Positions 21,545 through 33,500 are shown, numbered from the stretch's first letter. The stretch is 64,000 bases of DNA from Candidatus Marinacidobacterales bacterium (GCA_965237955.1 OZ250169.1:3168001-3232000); one strand, 5' to 3'. A program made the numbers and translations. Notes: generated by a model not told the origin, from the letters alone.

Positions 21545-21697
21545 CGCGTGATGGGGGTCACGGATCCACTCAGCCAGAACGTGCCCTTGGAGGACGTGCA
21601 GTACCTGGCCGGACACTCTGAACCCCGGACCACACAAATCTATGACCGGCGTAGACGGCGCGTCACTCGCAACATCGTGGAGAGTATCTCGATATGA
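21545..21697 (+). pseudogene. Tyrosine recombinase C-terminal remnant
   Basis: VPLEDVQYLAGHSEPRTTQIYDRR carries the catalytic H and Y. Confidence 0.7.
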
Positions 21698-22258
21698 AAG
21701 AAGGACCAGGGAAGAGAGACATCCTTTCGAAGCCTGCCAGCAAGAAAGCCGCCGCACGGCCTCGTTCGGCTCCCCTCAATGAGCCCAAGCTGGTGCCGGT
21801 TCCTCTGCCCGAAGGTGTCCGCCACCAGCGGGTGGGTGAAACGACGGAACGTTCCGCGCCCGCGCATCTCGAGAAACTCAAGCAATTCTTCGAGGCGGCT
21901 CCGATCAGCCGCTACCTGGGCATGACACTCGGCTATTGCGGAGAACGGCGTGGCACGCGTGCGGTTGCCGTTTCGAGCCGAGTTCGAAGAAGGGCATGGC
22001 GTCATCCACGGGGGGCTCATCGGTCTGCTCGCCGACACGGCGGGTAACTTCGCGGTGGGTTCGGTCTCGCCGGGCTCCACGGTCAAGACGGTGGAGTTCA
22101 AGCTGAGCCTGCTGGCGAGAGTCCAGGGAGACCTGCTCGCCATTGGAGAACTCGTACGAAAGGGACGCCTGCTGGCCACCTGCCGGCTCGAGGTCGTCGA
22201 GGGCAACGACCATGTGGTGGCCATCGGGCTGGCCACTTACGCCCTCCAGGCCGTTTAG
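21695..22258 (+). pseudogene. PaaI-family thioesterase, frameshifted
   Basis: PISRYLGM in one frame, then HGVIHGGLIGLLADTA in another. Confidence 0.75.
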
Positions 22259-22284
22259 CCATCTCCACCCGAGATAATGACATG

Positions 22285-22915
22285 GACCCCGTCCTGTGCG
22301 GCGCTGCCGATCGCCCCGGCGACGTATCACGCGCAGAAGGCCCGCGAGACGGACTCGGCACGACTGCCCGGACGCACGGTGCGCGATGACTGGCTGATGG
22401 CGGAGATCCGTCGTGTCTGGACCGAATACCACGGCGTCTACGGTTCCCGCAAGGTCTGGCGGCAATTGCGCCGGGAAGGCATTCCGGTCGCACGGTGCAC
22501 CGTCGAGCGCCTGATGCGTGTGCTGCAGCATCGGGGTGCGGTACGTGGCCGGCGGTTCAGGACCACGATCCCGGACGCCACGGCAGCCCGGCCGCGGCAG
22601 GTATCGCGACACCGTGCTCTCGGAGATGATGAAACCGAGTGAGACGAGGAAGACAACAACGCCGAGCATAAGCGGCGGAGTTTCGCCGTCTTCGGCCCGG
22701 AATTCAAGCGGAGCGTAAGTCCTTGATTTCGTGGGCGGAGCAGTTTTGACGATGCACAGCGAGTTCACAGCCGCCGGCAAGCTCTTCGACAAGACCGGCG
22801 AGCGGCTGACACCGAGTCACACCAAAAAGCAGACCGGGCAACGGCTTCCGCTACTACATCTCCCGGGCGTTGGTGCACGAATAGCTCTTGATTCCGGCAA
22901 CCGCTTCGACTGAGC
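22285..22915 (+). pseudogene. Mosaic of fragments: IS3 orfB, rve element and serine recombinase
   Basis: LPIAPATY...VYGSRKVWRQL...CTVERLM; minus-strand ISESTVSRYL; GKLFD.TG.RLTPSHT.K. Confidence 0.55.
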
Positions 22916-22921
22916 TTCTCG

Positions 22922-23510
22922 ATGGCATTGTTCGTGACCTACTATGTGCTTGTCGTCATCGAGCTGTCTTCGCGAAAAGTGCACATTGCCGGAATCACTC
23001 CCGGGCCGGATGGCCCGTTCATGATGCAGGTCGGTCGGAATCTCACCGACCCGCTCGACGTCTTTCTGCGCGGCAATCGATTCCTCATTCTGGACCGCGA
23101 CAAGAAGTTCACCACGGAGTTTCGCGACTTGCTCGAGCACGCCGGAACTGACGTCATTCGGCTGCCGTACCGTTCGCCGAATCTGAACGCTTACGTCGAA
23201 AGGTTTGTTTTGTCGAGCAAGAGCGAGTGCCTGGAGCGGATGATCTTCTTCGGTGAGCCATCGCTGCGCCGGGCCGTCGCTGAGTTCATCCATCATTATC
23301 ATAGAGAGCGCAACCATCAAGGGCTGGGGAACGCGTTGCTCGAAGCGGAAGAATGCGTCGGCAGTCCTCACGGGAAGGTGCGATGTTGTAAGCGATTGGG
23401 CGGCTTGCTCCGTTATTACCACCGCGACGCGGCATAGGAGTTCGGGCGCGCAAGCTGGACGTAACGGATGGTCTGGAGGAGAGGTCTGCTCGGGATCGCC
23501 TATCGCAGAC
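22922..23510 (+). pseudogene. rve transposase 3' fragment, paralogue of 16203-17285
   Basis: High similarity to 16780-17360, including the 3' non-coding end. Confidence 0.85.
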
Positions 23511-24942
23511 CCCGTCCTGTGCCAAAACTCGGCCCTTTTGAAATAGGCCATAAATCAGCAGTTTAGTGTCTGTGTTTGCGACCGGGCCAAGGGCCGTGGG
23601 CTTTACAATCGTCTTGGGCGGGCGGGTCGTCACCATGCAGATGACCACCTAGTCGAGAGCGAATATCGAAGCGTGTTCCTGAAGCGGTTTCCACGCTACG
23701 CCGGTCGAGCCCGCCGAGGGGCTACCGTCGCCGGCGACCATCTACGCGGCACGGCAGTAGTAGTTGAGAATGCCCACAAGTCGCTCTCGCGACACGATGG
23801 GGCCAGCGTCATTCGCGCTTGCCGGCAGAGGTGTGATGAGCTCGTTGCCGAGACCTTGGTGGTTCCGTTCTGTGTGATAGTGCACTACGTATTCGGTTAC
23901 CGCTGTGCGCAGGTGTCGCTCACTGAGAGGTACGAAGCGGTCGAGACACTCTCGACGTATGGAGAGAACGAATCTTTCCGCATATGCGTTCAGATTCGGA
24001 CTATTAGCGGGAAGGCGAAGGGGCTTCACGCCTGAATCTCTCAACAGCCCACGTACCGCCTCGGTGAATAGCGGGTCCCGGTCGTGGATGAGGTATCGCT
24101 TGCCAAGGAGGAAACCATCCCACATGTCAGTGAGGTTTCTTGCAACCTGCTTCATCCACTCCCCGTTGGGGTCCGACGTTATCCCACCGATGCACACGCA
24201 GCGAGTGGCGATATCGATGACAAACAGGACATGGTAGCGGACGAGCCCGAACGGGTTCACAACCTCGACGGTGAACAGGTCTGTCGCAGCGATGGCGCCC
24301 CAATGAGCCTTGATGAAGGTGCTCCACGACATGCTCCTGCCCCGCTCCGGCGCAGGAGCGATACCGTGCTCGGCGAGGAGCCTCTTGATAGTGTTGCGTC
24401 CGAGTTCATGTCCTAGGTTCTTGAGTGCGCCTCGCAGGCGCGTATATCCCCACGTCGGGTTCTCCCGCGCCACGCGCACAATGAGCTCACGGATGTCCTT
24501 CGCCGTCGGAGGTCGGCCTGGACTCCGGTTCTTGCTGCCATCGTACTTGGCTGCGATGAGGTGGCGGTACCAGCGCAGAAGCGTAGCGGGTGTGGCAACG
24601 GACGCAATCTGGGCCAGCGCCTCGCGGCCCAAAGCCTGGGCCTTGACGGCGAGCCTGCGCCGCTCGTCGTCCGAGAGACTGAGACGCTTGCCCCGAAGCC
24701 CGGCTCGGAGCACACGGTTCTCCTCTTGCTGGTAGTCGATCACATCCTGCTGCTGGCGGTTGACCCAGCCAGCTAGAACGAGCAGTAGGAATTGCACGTG
24801 GTACGTCATCATGGAGCTGAAGATAACACCCTCGGGCTAGACGATTGTAAAGCCTACGGCCCTTGGCCCCGGCGCAAACACAGACACTAAGCTGCTGATT
24901 TATGGCCTATTTCAAAAGGGCCGAGTTTTGGCACAGGACGGG
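23511..24942 (-). mobile_element. rve-integrase element with ~104-bp terminal inverted repeats; CDS 23742-24812
   Basis: 23511-23614 and 24839-24942 are near-perfect IRs. The 356-aa ORF has WGYTRL, HDRD and NAYAER motifs. Confidence 0.85.
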
Positions 24943-25156
24943 GTCAAGCCGATAGCAACACTGGCCCTCAGAGGTCGTTCAAAGTGATTGGCTCCTCGCG
25001 CGCGGATTTTCCATCATGGCCCGGAGCACCCAAGACGCTCCTCACTGAGGCCGAAGATACGTTTGCAGTCTGACCCATTCGTCACGACGCGATGGATACG
25101 CAGCTTCGATGGAAGATTTATTAAGAAAGGGGCTTGACTAGAGGAGTCCAGATATG
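24941..25156 (+). mobile_element. IS1111-B right-end remnant (bridge-RNA region)
   Basis: Near-identical to 9189-9404, with the same junction AGATA-TG-TTGCTACGCCGC. Confidence 0.88.
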
Positions 25157-25509
25157 TTGCTACGCCGCGTTTGAATGCTAGTCCCCTGTATCAGAACAAA
25201 CTAGATAAAGCAGAGCTTGCCGAAACCATTCTAAGTGCATGAATCTTATGAATCTTATGGGCTGGCGAAAAGCCTAACTTTGTATAGTAATCAAAGATCC
25301 AGGGGACTAGTGTCAGTTGGCCTGCCTGTGTCGGCGAACGCCATAAATAAGGATGTCGGCGCGCATACGAAGATGTCTCTGAACGTCAAGCACCGCGTGG
25401 TAAGCTCAGCCGGCATCGCCGAAAGAACTGCGTCTCTGGAAATCAGGCTCAAACTCTAGCACGCGAGCGGGTTACGCGGTAGCCACCAACACTTGATTGC
25501 GGAAGCACC
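25157..25509 (-). mobile_element. Second IS1-family MITE copy
   Basis: Homologous to 9405-9635. IR at 25487-25509. Confidence 0.75.
25182..25306. mobile_element. 125-bp AT-rich MITE inserted at CTAG
   Basis: TCCCCTG...CAGGGGA flanked by CTAG on both sides. The empty site is visible at 9424-9431, and an inverted copy is at 36916-37040. Confidence 0.85.
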
Positions 25510-25579
25510 GTCCAGTTGGTAATGTTGAGCAGAGGCTTCGCGCCAATATCGTAGGGCTCGAGGATGCACCGTCGATGGG

Positions 25580-26260
25580 TTAGCGTTTCTCGATGGGTTC
25601 GATCTTTCCGTCTCGCAAGGTCACGATCGACTGGGCGTGCTCCGCGACGTGACGCTCGTGGGTGACCACGACGATGGTGTGGCCGCGACGATGCAGACTG
25701 TCGAGTAGCGCCAGAATCTCCTCGCCGGTCGCGGTGTCGAGATTTCCCGTTGGCTCGTCGGCGAGAAGGATGGACGGCTCGTTGACGAGCGCCCGCGCCA
25801 TGCCGACGCGTTGGCGTTGCCCGCCGGAGAGCTCGTTCGGGCGGTGTTCGACGCGGTCGGCGAGGTCGACCTCGGCAAGTGCTTTGAGAGAGCGCTCGCG
25901 ACGCTCGTCACCGGCGACGCCCGCGTACACGAGCGGCAGCTCGACGTTGTGAAGCGCCGTCGCGCGCGCGAGCAGGTTGAAGGTCTGGAAGACGAAGCCT
26001 ATCTCCTGGTTTCGCACGACCGCGAGCTCGTCTTCCTCCATCGAGCTGACGTCGCGTTGCTTCAAGACATACCGGCCCCGCGTCGGGGTGTCGAGACAGC
26101 CGAGAAGGTTCAATAACGTGGATTTGCCCGAGCCCGACGGGCCCATGATCGCGACGTACTCGCCGCGCTCGATCTGGAGCTCTACGCCTTGAAGCGCGTG
26201 GATCTTGTTTGGCCCCATCTCGTAGGTTTTCCAAAGATCGGAGACTTCGATGAGATTCAT
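25580..26260 (-). CDS. ABC transporter ATP-binding protein (MacB/LolD type)
   Basis: [27 protein letters not shown] and VTHE motifs. Confidence 0.93.
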   Translation of the reverse strand: MNLIEVSDLWKTYEMGPNKIHALQGVELQIERGEYVAIMGPSGSGKSTLLNLLGCLDTPTRGRYVLKQRDVSSMEEDELAVVRNQEIGFVFQTFNLLARATALHNVELPLVYAGVAGDERRERSLKALAEVDLADRVEHRPNELSGGQRQRVGMARALVNEPSILLADEPTGNLDTATGEEILALLDSLHRRGHTIVVVTHERHVAEHAQSIVTLRDGKIEPIEKR

Positions 26261-27540
26261 TCGTGCCGCAACGCCTCGATGGGATCGAGCCGCGACGCTT
26301 TGATCGCAGGCGCCATACCGAAGATGAGCCCGACGCTCGCGGAAAAGCCCAGCCCGAGGGCGAACGACCACCACGGAAGAGAGATTGGAAAACCAGAGAG
26401 GAAATGGATGAGAAGACCCATCGCCGCTCCGAGCACCACGCCGAGGACGCCGCCGAGCGAAGTCAACGTCGACGCTTCGATGAGAAACTGACACAAAATC
26501 TCTCGTCGTTTCGCGCCCAACGCCTTACGGAGCCCGATCTCGTTGGTGCGCTCGGAGACCGACATCGTCATGATCGCCATGACGCCGATGCCCCCGACGA
26601 GGAGGGCTATCGAAGAGATGACGACGAGGGCAAGGAAAACCGCTTGGGTGGTTCGCTCCCACACACGCATCGCTGCGTCTTGGGTAACCAGGTCGAAGTC
26701 GTTCGGCTCGTCGAGTCGCAGGCCATGCCGGATGCGCATGAGCTCTTCGATCTGCTTCAATGCTTCATCTCGACCTCCGTCGCGTGGCACTGCGACGATC
26801 GTGACGTCCCGGTGCTCGCTGCCGTGAACCTTCCTCACGCGTTGTCCAAATTGGGTCTCGTACCTCGTATACGGAATCACCGCGAAATCGTCCTGCCCGA
26901 CGTTGAAACCCCCCGGGCTTGCCCGCTCGCCCATCACACCGACGACGGTGTACCGCCGCCCTGCGATTCGAACTGTCTTTCCCAGCGGGTCGACGAGGGG
27001 AAAAAGAGATCGGTACGGCCCTTGCCCGAGCACCACGACGCGGCGCCGGTGCCTCAGCTCGGCATCGGTGAAAAAACGCCCCATCTCGAGCGGAATGAAG
27101 CTCACCTGCGCGAAATATTCGGAAGCGCCGAATACCGCGACCCGCTTTGTCTTCTCACCGCGATAGTAGATTCGCTCGGTTTTGACGTCGACGCCACCCC
27201 CGAACATGACGTCGACAAAGCGGATGACGTCGAGTCGTTCGATCGCCCCCGCGTCCTCGGGCGAAAGGTTCGGCCTTCTGATGAGCTCGATGAACTCTTT
27301 GCCAGACATGAAGCTCATCCCACTGAACTTCACGATCGAGATCGTGTTCGGGCCGAGCTCTTCGATCATGGCCCGAAGCGAACGGTCGAAGCCGCGTACC
27401 AGCGACGTCATGCCGACGATGGCGGTGATGCCGATGATGACGCCCATGACGGTGAGGCCCGAGCGCAGCTTGTTGACGCGCAGCGTCTCGAACGCCATTC
27501 CGACGATCTCGCGAAGGAGAGCTAGGCGGATGAAGACCAC
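26257..27540 (-). CDS. MacB/FtsX-type ABC permease
   Basis: [34 protein letters not shown] and [10 protein letters not shown]. Confidence 0.92.
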   Translation of the reverse strand: MVFIRLALLREIVGMAFETLRVNKLRSGLTVMGVIIGITAIVGMTSLVRGFDRSLRAMIEELGPNTISIVKFSGMSFMSGKEFIELIRRPNLSPEDAGAIERLDVIRFVDVMFGGGVDVKTERIYYRGEKTKRVAVFGASEYFAQVSFIPLEMGRFFTDAELRHRRRVVVLGQGPYRSLFPLVDPLGKTVRIAGRRYTVVGVMGERASPGGFNVGQDDFAVIPYTRYETQFGQRVRKVHGSEHRDVTIVAVPRDGGRDEALKQIEELMRIRHGLRLDEPNDFDLVTQDAAMRVWERTTQAVFLALVVISSIALLVGGIGVMAIMTMSVSERTNEIGLRKALGAKRREILCQFLIEASTLTSLGGVLGVVLGAAMGLLIHFLSGFPISLPWWSFALGLGFSASVGLIFGMAPAIKASRLDPIEALRHE

Positions 27541-27544
27541 TCCG

Positions 27545-28774
27545 CTACTCCTTCCTGAGCGCTTCGATCGGGCTCAGGCTCGCGGCCCGAGTCGCCGGGT
27601 AGATTCCAAAAAAGAGACCGACGACCGCGGTCATCGTTATCCCGAGCGCCACCGACCAAGCCTCGATGGCCGCAGGGATCGGCGTTGCCCGTTCGATCGC
27701 GAGCGCGACCCCGAACCCGAGGCCAGTACCGACGACGCCGCCCACGGTCGACAAAACGACCGATTCGGAAAGAATCTGCCAGATGATATCGCGACGACGG
27801 GCACCCAACGCCTTCCGCAAGCCGATCTCGCGAGTGCGCTCGGTGACCACCATCAACATGATGTTCATGATGACGATGCCGCCCACGACGAGAGAGAGAG
27901 CCACCACGCCGATGAGTACCGCGAAGATACCGGACGTCGCGGCCTCCCAGATGGCAAGGATGGTGCCTGACGTGAACATTCCGAAGTTGTCGTCCTCGGA
28001 CGGTTTCAGTTTGCGCTCGATGCGAAGCGCGAGCCGAGCCTCGTCCATGGCCGCCGTCATCCGACGCGCGTCGTCGGGTTTGACCATGAGCGACAAGCCA
28101 CGGCGGGACCCAAATATCTTCTGGAACGCGCCCAGGGGAATGATGGCAAACTCGTCCTGGGACTGACCGAAGACGGTTCCTTTTTTCTCGCTGACGCCAA
28201 CGACTCGAAAATGCTTACCTTCGATCTTGATGGTCTGGTCGAGGGGGTTCTTGCCTCCAAAGAGTCGGTCGGCAACACCCCATCCGATGACGGCGACGGG
28301 GCGCTTGCGCCGAACCTCAGCCGCGGTCGGAAGCCTGCCGTTCTCAGCGCCGTAGTTCGAGAAGCGGATGAAGTCCTCGCTAACGCCTTCGATACTGGCC
28401 CGCTCGAGCTCTTTGTTCCGGTAGCTAACCCTTCCGCTTTGCTGGACGCGAGCCATGACCGCGCTCACTCCAGTGGAGGACAAACGGCTGATGGCGTCTG
28501 CATCTCGAACGGTGATGCGTGGATTGAGACGTCGGGCGCGCTCCGCGTCGTCTTCGTTGGTAATGATCCCCACGCGCTCGATCATGAACGCATCGGCGCC
28601 AGCTTCGGAAAGGATGAAGTCGCTGACTTTGGCGTTCATGCCTCGTATCAGAGCGACGACCGCGATGATCGACGTCACCGCGACGATGTTGCCGAGCACG
28701 GTCAGAATGGATCGGAGCTTGTGCGACCACACGGCATCGAGCGCGAGCCGGATTGCTTCCAGGATCTTGGACAC
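27545..28774 (-). CDS. MacB/FtsX-type ABC permease
   Basis: [21 protein letters not shown] and LSPIEALR. Confidence 0.92.
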   Translation of the reverse strand: MSKILEAIRLALDAVWSHKLRSILTVLGNIVAVTSIIAVVALIRGMNAKVSDFILSEAGADAFMIERVGIITNEDDAERARRLNPRITVRDADAISRLSSTGVSAVMARVQQSGRVSYRNKELERASIEGVSEDFIRFSNYGAENGRLPTAAEVRRKRPVAVIGWGVADRLFGGKNPLDQTIKIEGKHFRVVGVSEKKGTVFGQSQDEFAIIPLGAFQKIFGSRRGLSLMVKPDDARRMTAAMDEARLALRIERKLKPSEDDNFGMFTSGTILAIWEAATSGIFAVLIGVVALSLVVGGIVIMNIMLMVVTERTREIGLRKALGARRRDIIWQILSESVVLSTVGGVVGTGLGFGVALAIERATPIPAAIEAWSVALGITMTAVVGLFFGIYPATRAASLSPIEALRKE

Positions 28775-28777
28775 GGG

Positions 28778-30109
28778 CTACTGCCAGAAGTAATCTGATT
28801 CGGGCTCTTCGAGCTTCACCCGAGCGCCGTCTGCGATCTCGCGCACCGCGCTGTAGGGCCCGGTAATGACCCCGTCGCCGGCGTCGAGGCCCGCGAGTAC
28901 TTCGAAATGTCGTTCTCCAGCGATCCCGATCGTGACGGGTGTGAAAACAGCCTCGCCGTCGCGGTGAACGAAGACTCCCTCGACTTCTTCGAGCCGATGT
29001 GCAGGTGGTACGGCGTCGCGGCGTTTGCCGTCGTTCTTGTCCTTCTTCTGGTGACGCACCCTGGTCCCATTCGAGTCGTATTCGAGCTCGCGCACGGTTA
29101 GAGCTTGGATTGGCACCGCGATCGTGTGCTCGCGCACGGCCGTCGTAATCTCCGCCGTGCATGAGAAATCCGGACGCACTCCGGGCACTTCGTCCGTCAA
29201 GGTTACTTCGACCACGAAATTCGTTCCTGTCTGACCGGTGTCGGCGCTCATGGCGTTTTGGCCTCGCGTGGCGCTCGATCCGATCTTCGTGACCTGCCCC
29301 TCGAACTCCCGGTCCGGCAACGCGTCGATGGTGATGGTGGCCGACTGCCCCAGACGCACGTCGACGATGTCGGTCTCGTCGACCTCGAGCTCCGCTTGGA
29401 TGACCGATAGGTCGGCGATCGTCAAAAGCACCGTGCCGGCGTTATTCATCGTGCCGACCACGACCGTCTCTCCTTGTTCGATGTTGAGACGTGTGATCAT
29501 GCCCGCCATCGGCGCGTCGATCGTCACCTTGCTCAAAACGTGTCGCGCGGTCCTAAGATTTGCGGTCTCCTGGGCGAGGCGTTCCTCCTGAACTCTCACC
29601 TCGGTCTCGCGCGCCTTGAGCTCGCTCCGGCGGACCTTGGCCTCGCTCTCGGCGCGGTCTAGCGACTCTCTCGAAACGACCTCGTCTTCGTGCAGCTTGC
29701 GCGAACGGGTCTCGTTGCGAAGCGAGAGCTCCAAGTTCGCCCGTGCGGTCTCGACGGCCACGCGTGCTGCGTTCAGCGCTTCACGCCCGGCACGAAGCCC
29801 AGCCTCGCCCATCTGTACCGCACTTTCCGCGGCCTCGGGGTCGATGAGCATCAGAAACTGGCCGCGATCAACTTGCTCGCCTTCGTAGACGGCGAGCTCG
29901 GTGACCCGGCCCATCGTGTCCGCACTGATGTTGACGAGCCGTTTGGGCTGGATCTTGCCGGACGCGGAGACGACCGCCGTGAGAGTGCGATGTTCGATTG
30001 CCTCGACCTGAACTTCTGGCCCGCGGGATTGCTGGTAGTAGCGGTTCGCAAAAAAGACCGCTGCGGCGAGTAGCACGACTCCAACGCCGATGACGATGTT
30101 GCGTTTCAT
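28778..30109 (-). CDS. Efflux periplasmic adaptor (MacA/HlyD type)
   Basis: N-terminal anchor, lipoyl halves, alpha hairpin and VDETDI. First gene of the ABC operon. Confidence 0.9.
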   Translation of the reverse strand: MKRNIVIGVGVVLLAAAVFFANRYYQQSRGPEVQVEAIEHRTLTAVVSASGKIQPKRLVNISADTMGRVTELAVYEGEQVDRGQFLMLIDPEAAESAVQMGEAGLRAGREALNAARVAVETARANLELSLRNETRSRKLHEDEVVSRESLDRAESEAKVRRSELKARETEVRVQEERLAQETANLRTARHVLSKVTIDAPMAGMITRLNIEQGETVVVGTMNNAGTVLLTIADLSVIQAELEVDETDIVDVRLGQSATITIDALPDREFEGQVTKIGSSATRGQNAMSADTGQTGTNFVVEVTLTDEVPGVRPDFSCTAEITTAVREHTIAVPIQALTVRELEYDSNGTRVRHQKKDKNDGKRRDAVPPAHRLEEVEGVFVHRDGEAVFTPVTIGIAGERHFEVLAGLDAGDGVITGPYSAVREIADGARVKLEEPESDYFWQ

Positions 30110-30514
30110 GGGATGGGTCACGTTGAGCGACTCGTTATGGACTCCGGCCACTCGCGTCGGACTGGCGCGGGATTACGCGGGCGATAAGGAGCCGCACAGG
30201 CCTCCGAGGGTGGACGAGTGCAGGAGTCGCCGCCATGGAGTCCACAGCGGATAGAGACGAAATCGCTTATGCGGATACTCCCTCTGGTTGTGGCTTCGTA
30301 GGCCGAGGCCCCAAAAGGACACAAAATCAAACCTCACCCCCCATGGGGAGAGGCGGCCAAGTGGTCAGCGACAATTAAAACTTCCGCCGGGAAGAAAGGT
30401 TTAACGCTGGACAGCCAAGAGTCGCGAATTGCATGTTCCTTCAGTAGGCCTTCAAATTCTTGGAGGCAGGCTTTGCGTCGCGATTCGACTGGAAGGGCCT
30501 GCAAAAGCTGCTTT

Positions 30515-33500
30515 CCCGTCCTGTGCCAAAACTCGGCCCTTTTGAAAAACCATGTCTGTAATTTAATGCACCGTAAAGTCTTAGTGTCATTTTACCAACA
30601 CTTAATGGCGGAAGCACCCATGAGGTCTGTGTGAGCGGCAGGGCTGCCCGATCGAACAACGGCTGCCTGACCAACAGTAGGAATTGCACATGGTACGTCA
30701 TGATGGTTCCGAAGATAACACCCTCGGGCCAGACGATTGTAAAGCCCACGGCCCTTGGCACCATCGTAAAACACAGACGCTAAGCAACTTAGTGTCTGTG
30801 TTTGCGATCGGGCCAAGGGCCGTGGGCTTTACAATCGTCTTGGGCGGGCGGGTCGTCACCATGCAGATGACCACCTAGTCGAGAGCGAATATCGAAGCGT
30901 GTTCCTGAAGCGGTTTCCACGCTACGCCGGTCGAGCCCGCCGAGGGGCTACCGTCGCCGGCGACCATCTACGCGGCACGGCAGTAGTAGTTGAGAATGCC
31001 CCCAAGTCGCTCTCGCGACACGATGGGGCCAGCGTCATTCGCGCTTGCCGGCAGAGGTGTGAGGAGCTCGTTGCCGAGACCTTGGTGGTTCCGTTCTGTG
31101 TGATAGTGCACTACGTATTCGGTTACCGCTGTGCGCAGGTGTCGCTCACTGAGAGGTACGAAGCGGTCGAGACACTCTCGACGTATGGAGAGAACGAATC
31201 TTTCCGCATATGCGTTCAGATTCGGACTATTAGCGGGAAGGCGAAGGGGCTTCACGCCTGAATCTCTCAACAGCCCACGTACCGCCTCGGTGAATAGCGG
31301 GTCCCGGTCGTGGATGAGGTATCGCTTGCCAAGGAGGAAACCATCCCACATGTCAGTGAGGTTTCTTGCCACCTGCTTCATCCACTCCCCGTTGGGGTCC
31401 GACGTTATCCCACCGATGCACACGCAGCGAGTGGCGATATCGATGACAAACAGGACATGGTAGCGGACGAGCCCGAACGGGTTCACAACCTCGACGGTGA
31501 ACAGGTCTGCCGCAGCGATGGCGCCCCAATGAGCCTTGATGAAGGTGCTCCACGACATGCTCCTGCCCCGCTCCGGGGCAGGCGCGATACCGTGCTCGGC
31601 GAGGATCCTCTTGATAGTGTTGCGTCCGAGTTCATGTCCTAGGTTCTTGAGTGCGCCTCGCAGGCGCGTATATCCCCACGTCTCTCCCGCGCCACGCGCA
31701 CAATGAGCTCACGGATGTCCTTCGCCGTCGGAGGTCGGCCTGGACTCCGGTTCTTGCTGCCATCGTACTGTATTGGTTCAGCGTGAAGATGACAGCGAGG
31801 TTGGACGTTAACGCAACGCCCGGCGGCAGGATGTCCCCTATCGCCCCAGGGATCGTACCAGAGTGCTCGGGGGCGTCAAGGGTAAAGCGCGCTGCGCGCG
31901 CCGGCTTCGCCGCCCTTGACGCCCCCTGCGCTCTCTGGTACTCAATGCTTGTGGGCGAGAGGGAACGGAGTGGGGCTCCTGGGATCAGAGTGTTCATGCG
32001 GGCACCTTGTTCGCACGGCGCTCACGCCGCAGCTTCCGAGCCTGCTCGAGTTTGCGGTCTCGCTCCGACCAGATCTGGGTGGCCTTGCCATCCATGAAGT
32101 CCAGCGGCGCAATGTAGCCGATCGCGCTGTGCAGGCGAACCCCGTTGTAATATTCGACGAATCGTTCCATCAAGCGGCGAGCCTCTTCGAGGCTCGTGGG
32201 GCTGGCAGGACGCAGGGCGTCCGATTTTATCGTCTTGTGCCAACGCTCGATCTTCCCGTTCGATTGCGGGTAGTACGGTGCGGTCCTCACGTGCGTCATC
32301 CCTGAGATGCGGATGAATGCCTTGAAGTCCTTCGCGATGTACTGCGGACCGTTGTCCGAGATGATTCGAGGCCGCGCATCGGGGTACCGCTCCTTTGCTC
32401 GCTCCAAGATGCACTCCACATCCGCTTCCGTCATCGACTCACGAATCTCCCAGTGAACCACCGCGCGGCTCGCACCATCCAGAAACGAGCAGAGGTAGTA
32501 GAACGTCCCACCCAGGTTCAAGTACGAGATATCCGTGTGCCAGTGCTGGTGCGCTCGCAGCGGCTGAACGAAGCCCGTTCCCTTCTTCGACGGCTTCGGG
32601 TTCCAACGGTCCAGACGACCCGCCTTCGACAACACCCGGTACGTCGTCGAGGGGCTAACTGCCACCACGTCTTCGTCCAGCATCATGAACGTGAGTCGGC
32701 GATACCCGTCCAGTGGGTGGCAGTCGAAGTAGTCGATCACGGACTGGCGCTCCCATTCTTCGATCCAGTGATCCCGCGGCACCAGGCCGTTGTGCTCATT
32801 CACCTTCCCGTACCGCTTGCGCCAGTCGTAGAACTTGCCCCGAGCGATCCCGCACCACTGAACGATCTGCTGGACCGGAAGCTGGGTCTTGGTGGCGATT
32901 GTGTTCACGAAGTCGACAACCTCGTCACGACGGTCATGGGGAATCCAGGCACCACTCAGGCTTCCCCAAGTTTTTTTTGAGTGTCACGTACTCTTCGGTC
33001 ACCTCAGCGATGATCTGATCCTTACGGGCCACCTTCGCCTCGAGACGGGAGAGCTTCTCCTCTAGCTCCTTCTCACGGCTCGGCGCACGACGGAACGAAA
33101 ACACCGTATGGGCTCCAGCCAATAGCTCCCTTTGCCATGTGTAGAACAGGCTCGGCTGGATTTCTGCCTCGTTGCATACCTCCGAGACCGGCTTTTTCTC
33201 GGCAACGTGCTGGCGCAACAGCTCTGCCTTTTGCTCCGCAGTGTGACGACGACGACCTTTGCTCATGACAGCTCCTTTTTCCATGTGCGTATTTTAACTT
33301 CAGGACTGTCATGTTCCAGCTGAACCGAAACAGTACTTGGCTGCGATGAGGTGGCGGTACCAGCGCAGAAGCGTAGCGGGTGTGGCAACGGACGCAATCT
33401 GGGCCAGCGCCTCGCGGCCCAAAGCCTGGGCCTTGACCGCGAGCCTGCGCCGGTCATCGTCCGAGAGACTGAGACGCTTGCCCCGAAGCCCGGCTCGGAG

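Noticed and set aside
22285-22299. Another rve terminus, GACCCCGTCCTGTGC
   Set aside because: The match stops after 15 bp and may partly be IS3 orfB coding sequence, so it cannot be called a real end.
26263-27525. Long antisense ORFs (also 35162-36499, 46580-48145, 54021-55825)
   Set aside because: Shadow frames of genuine high-GC genes, with no motifs of their own.
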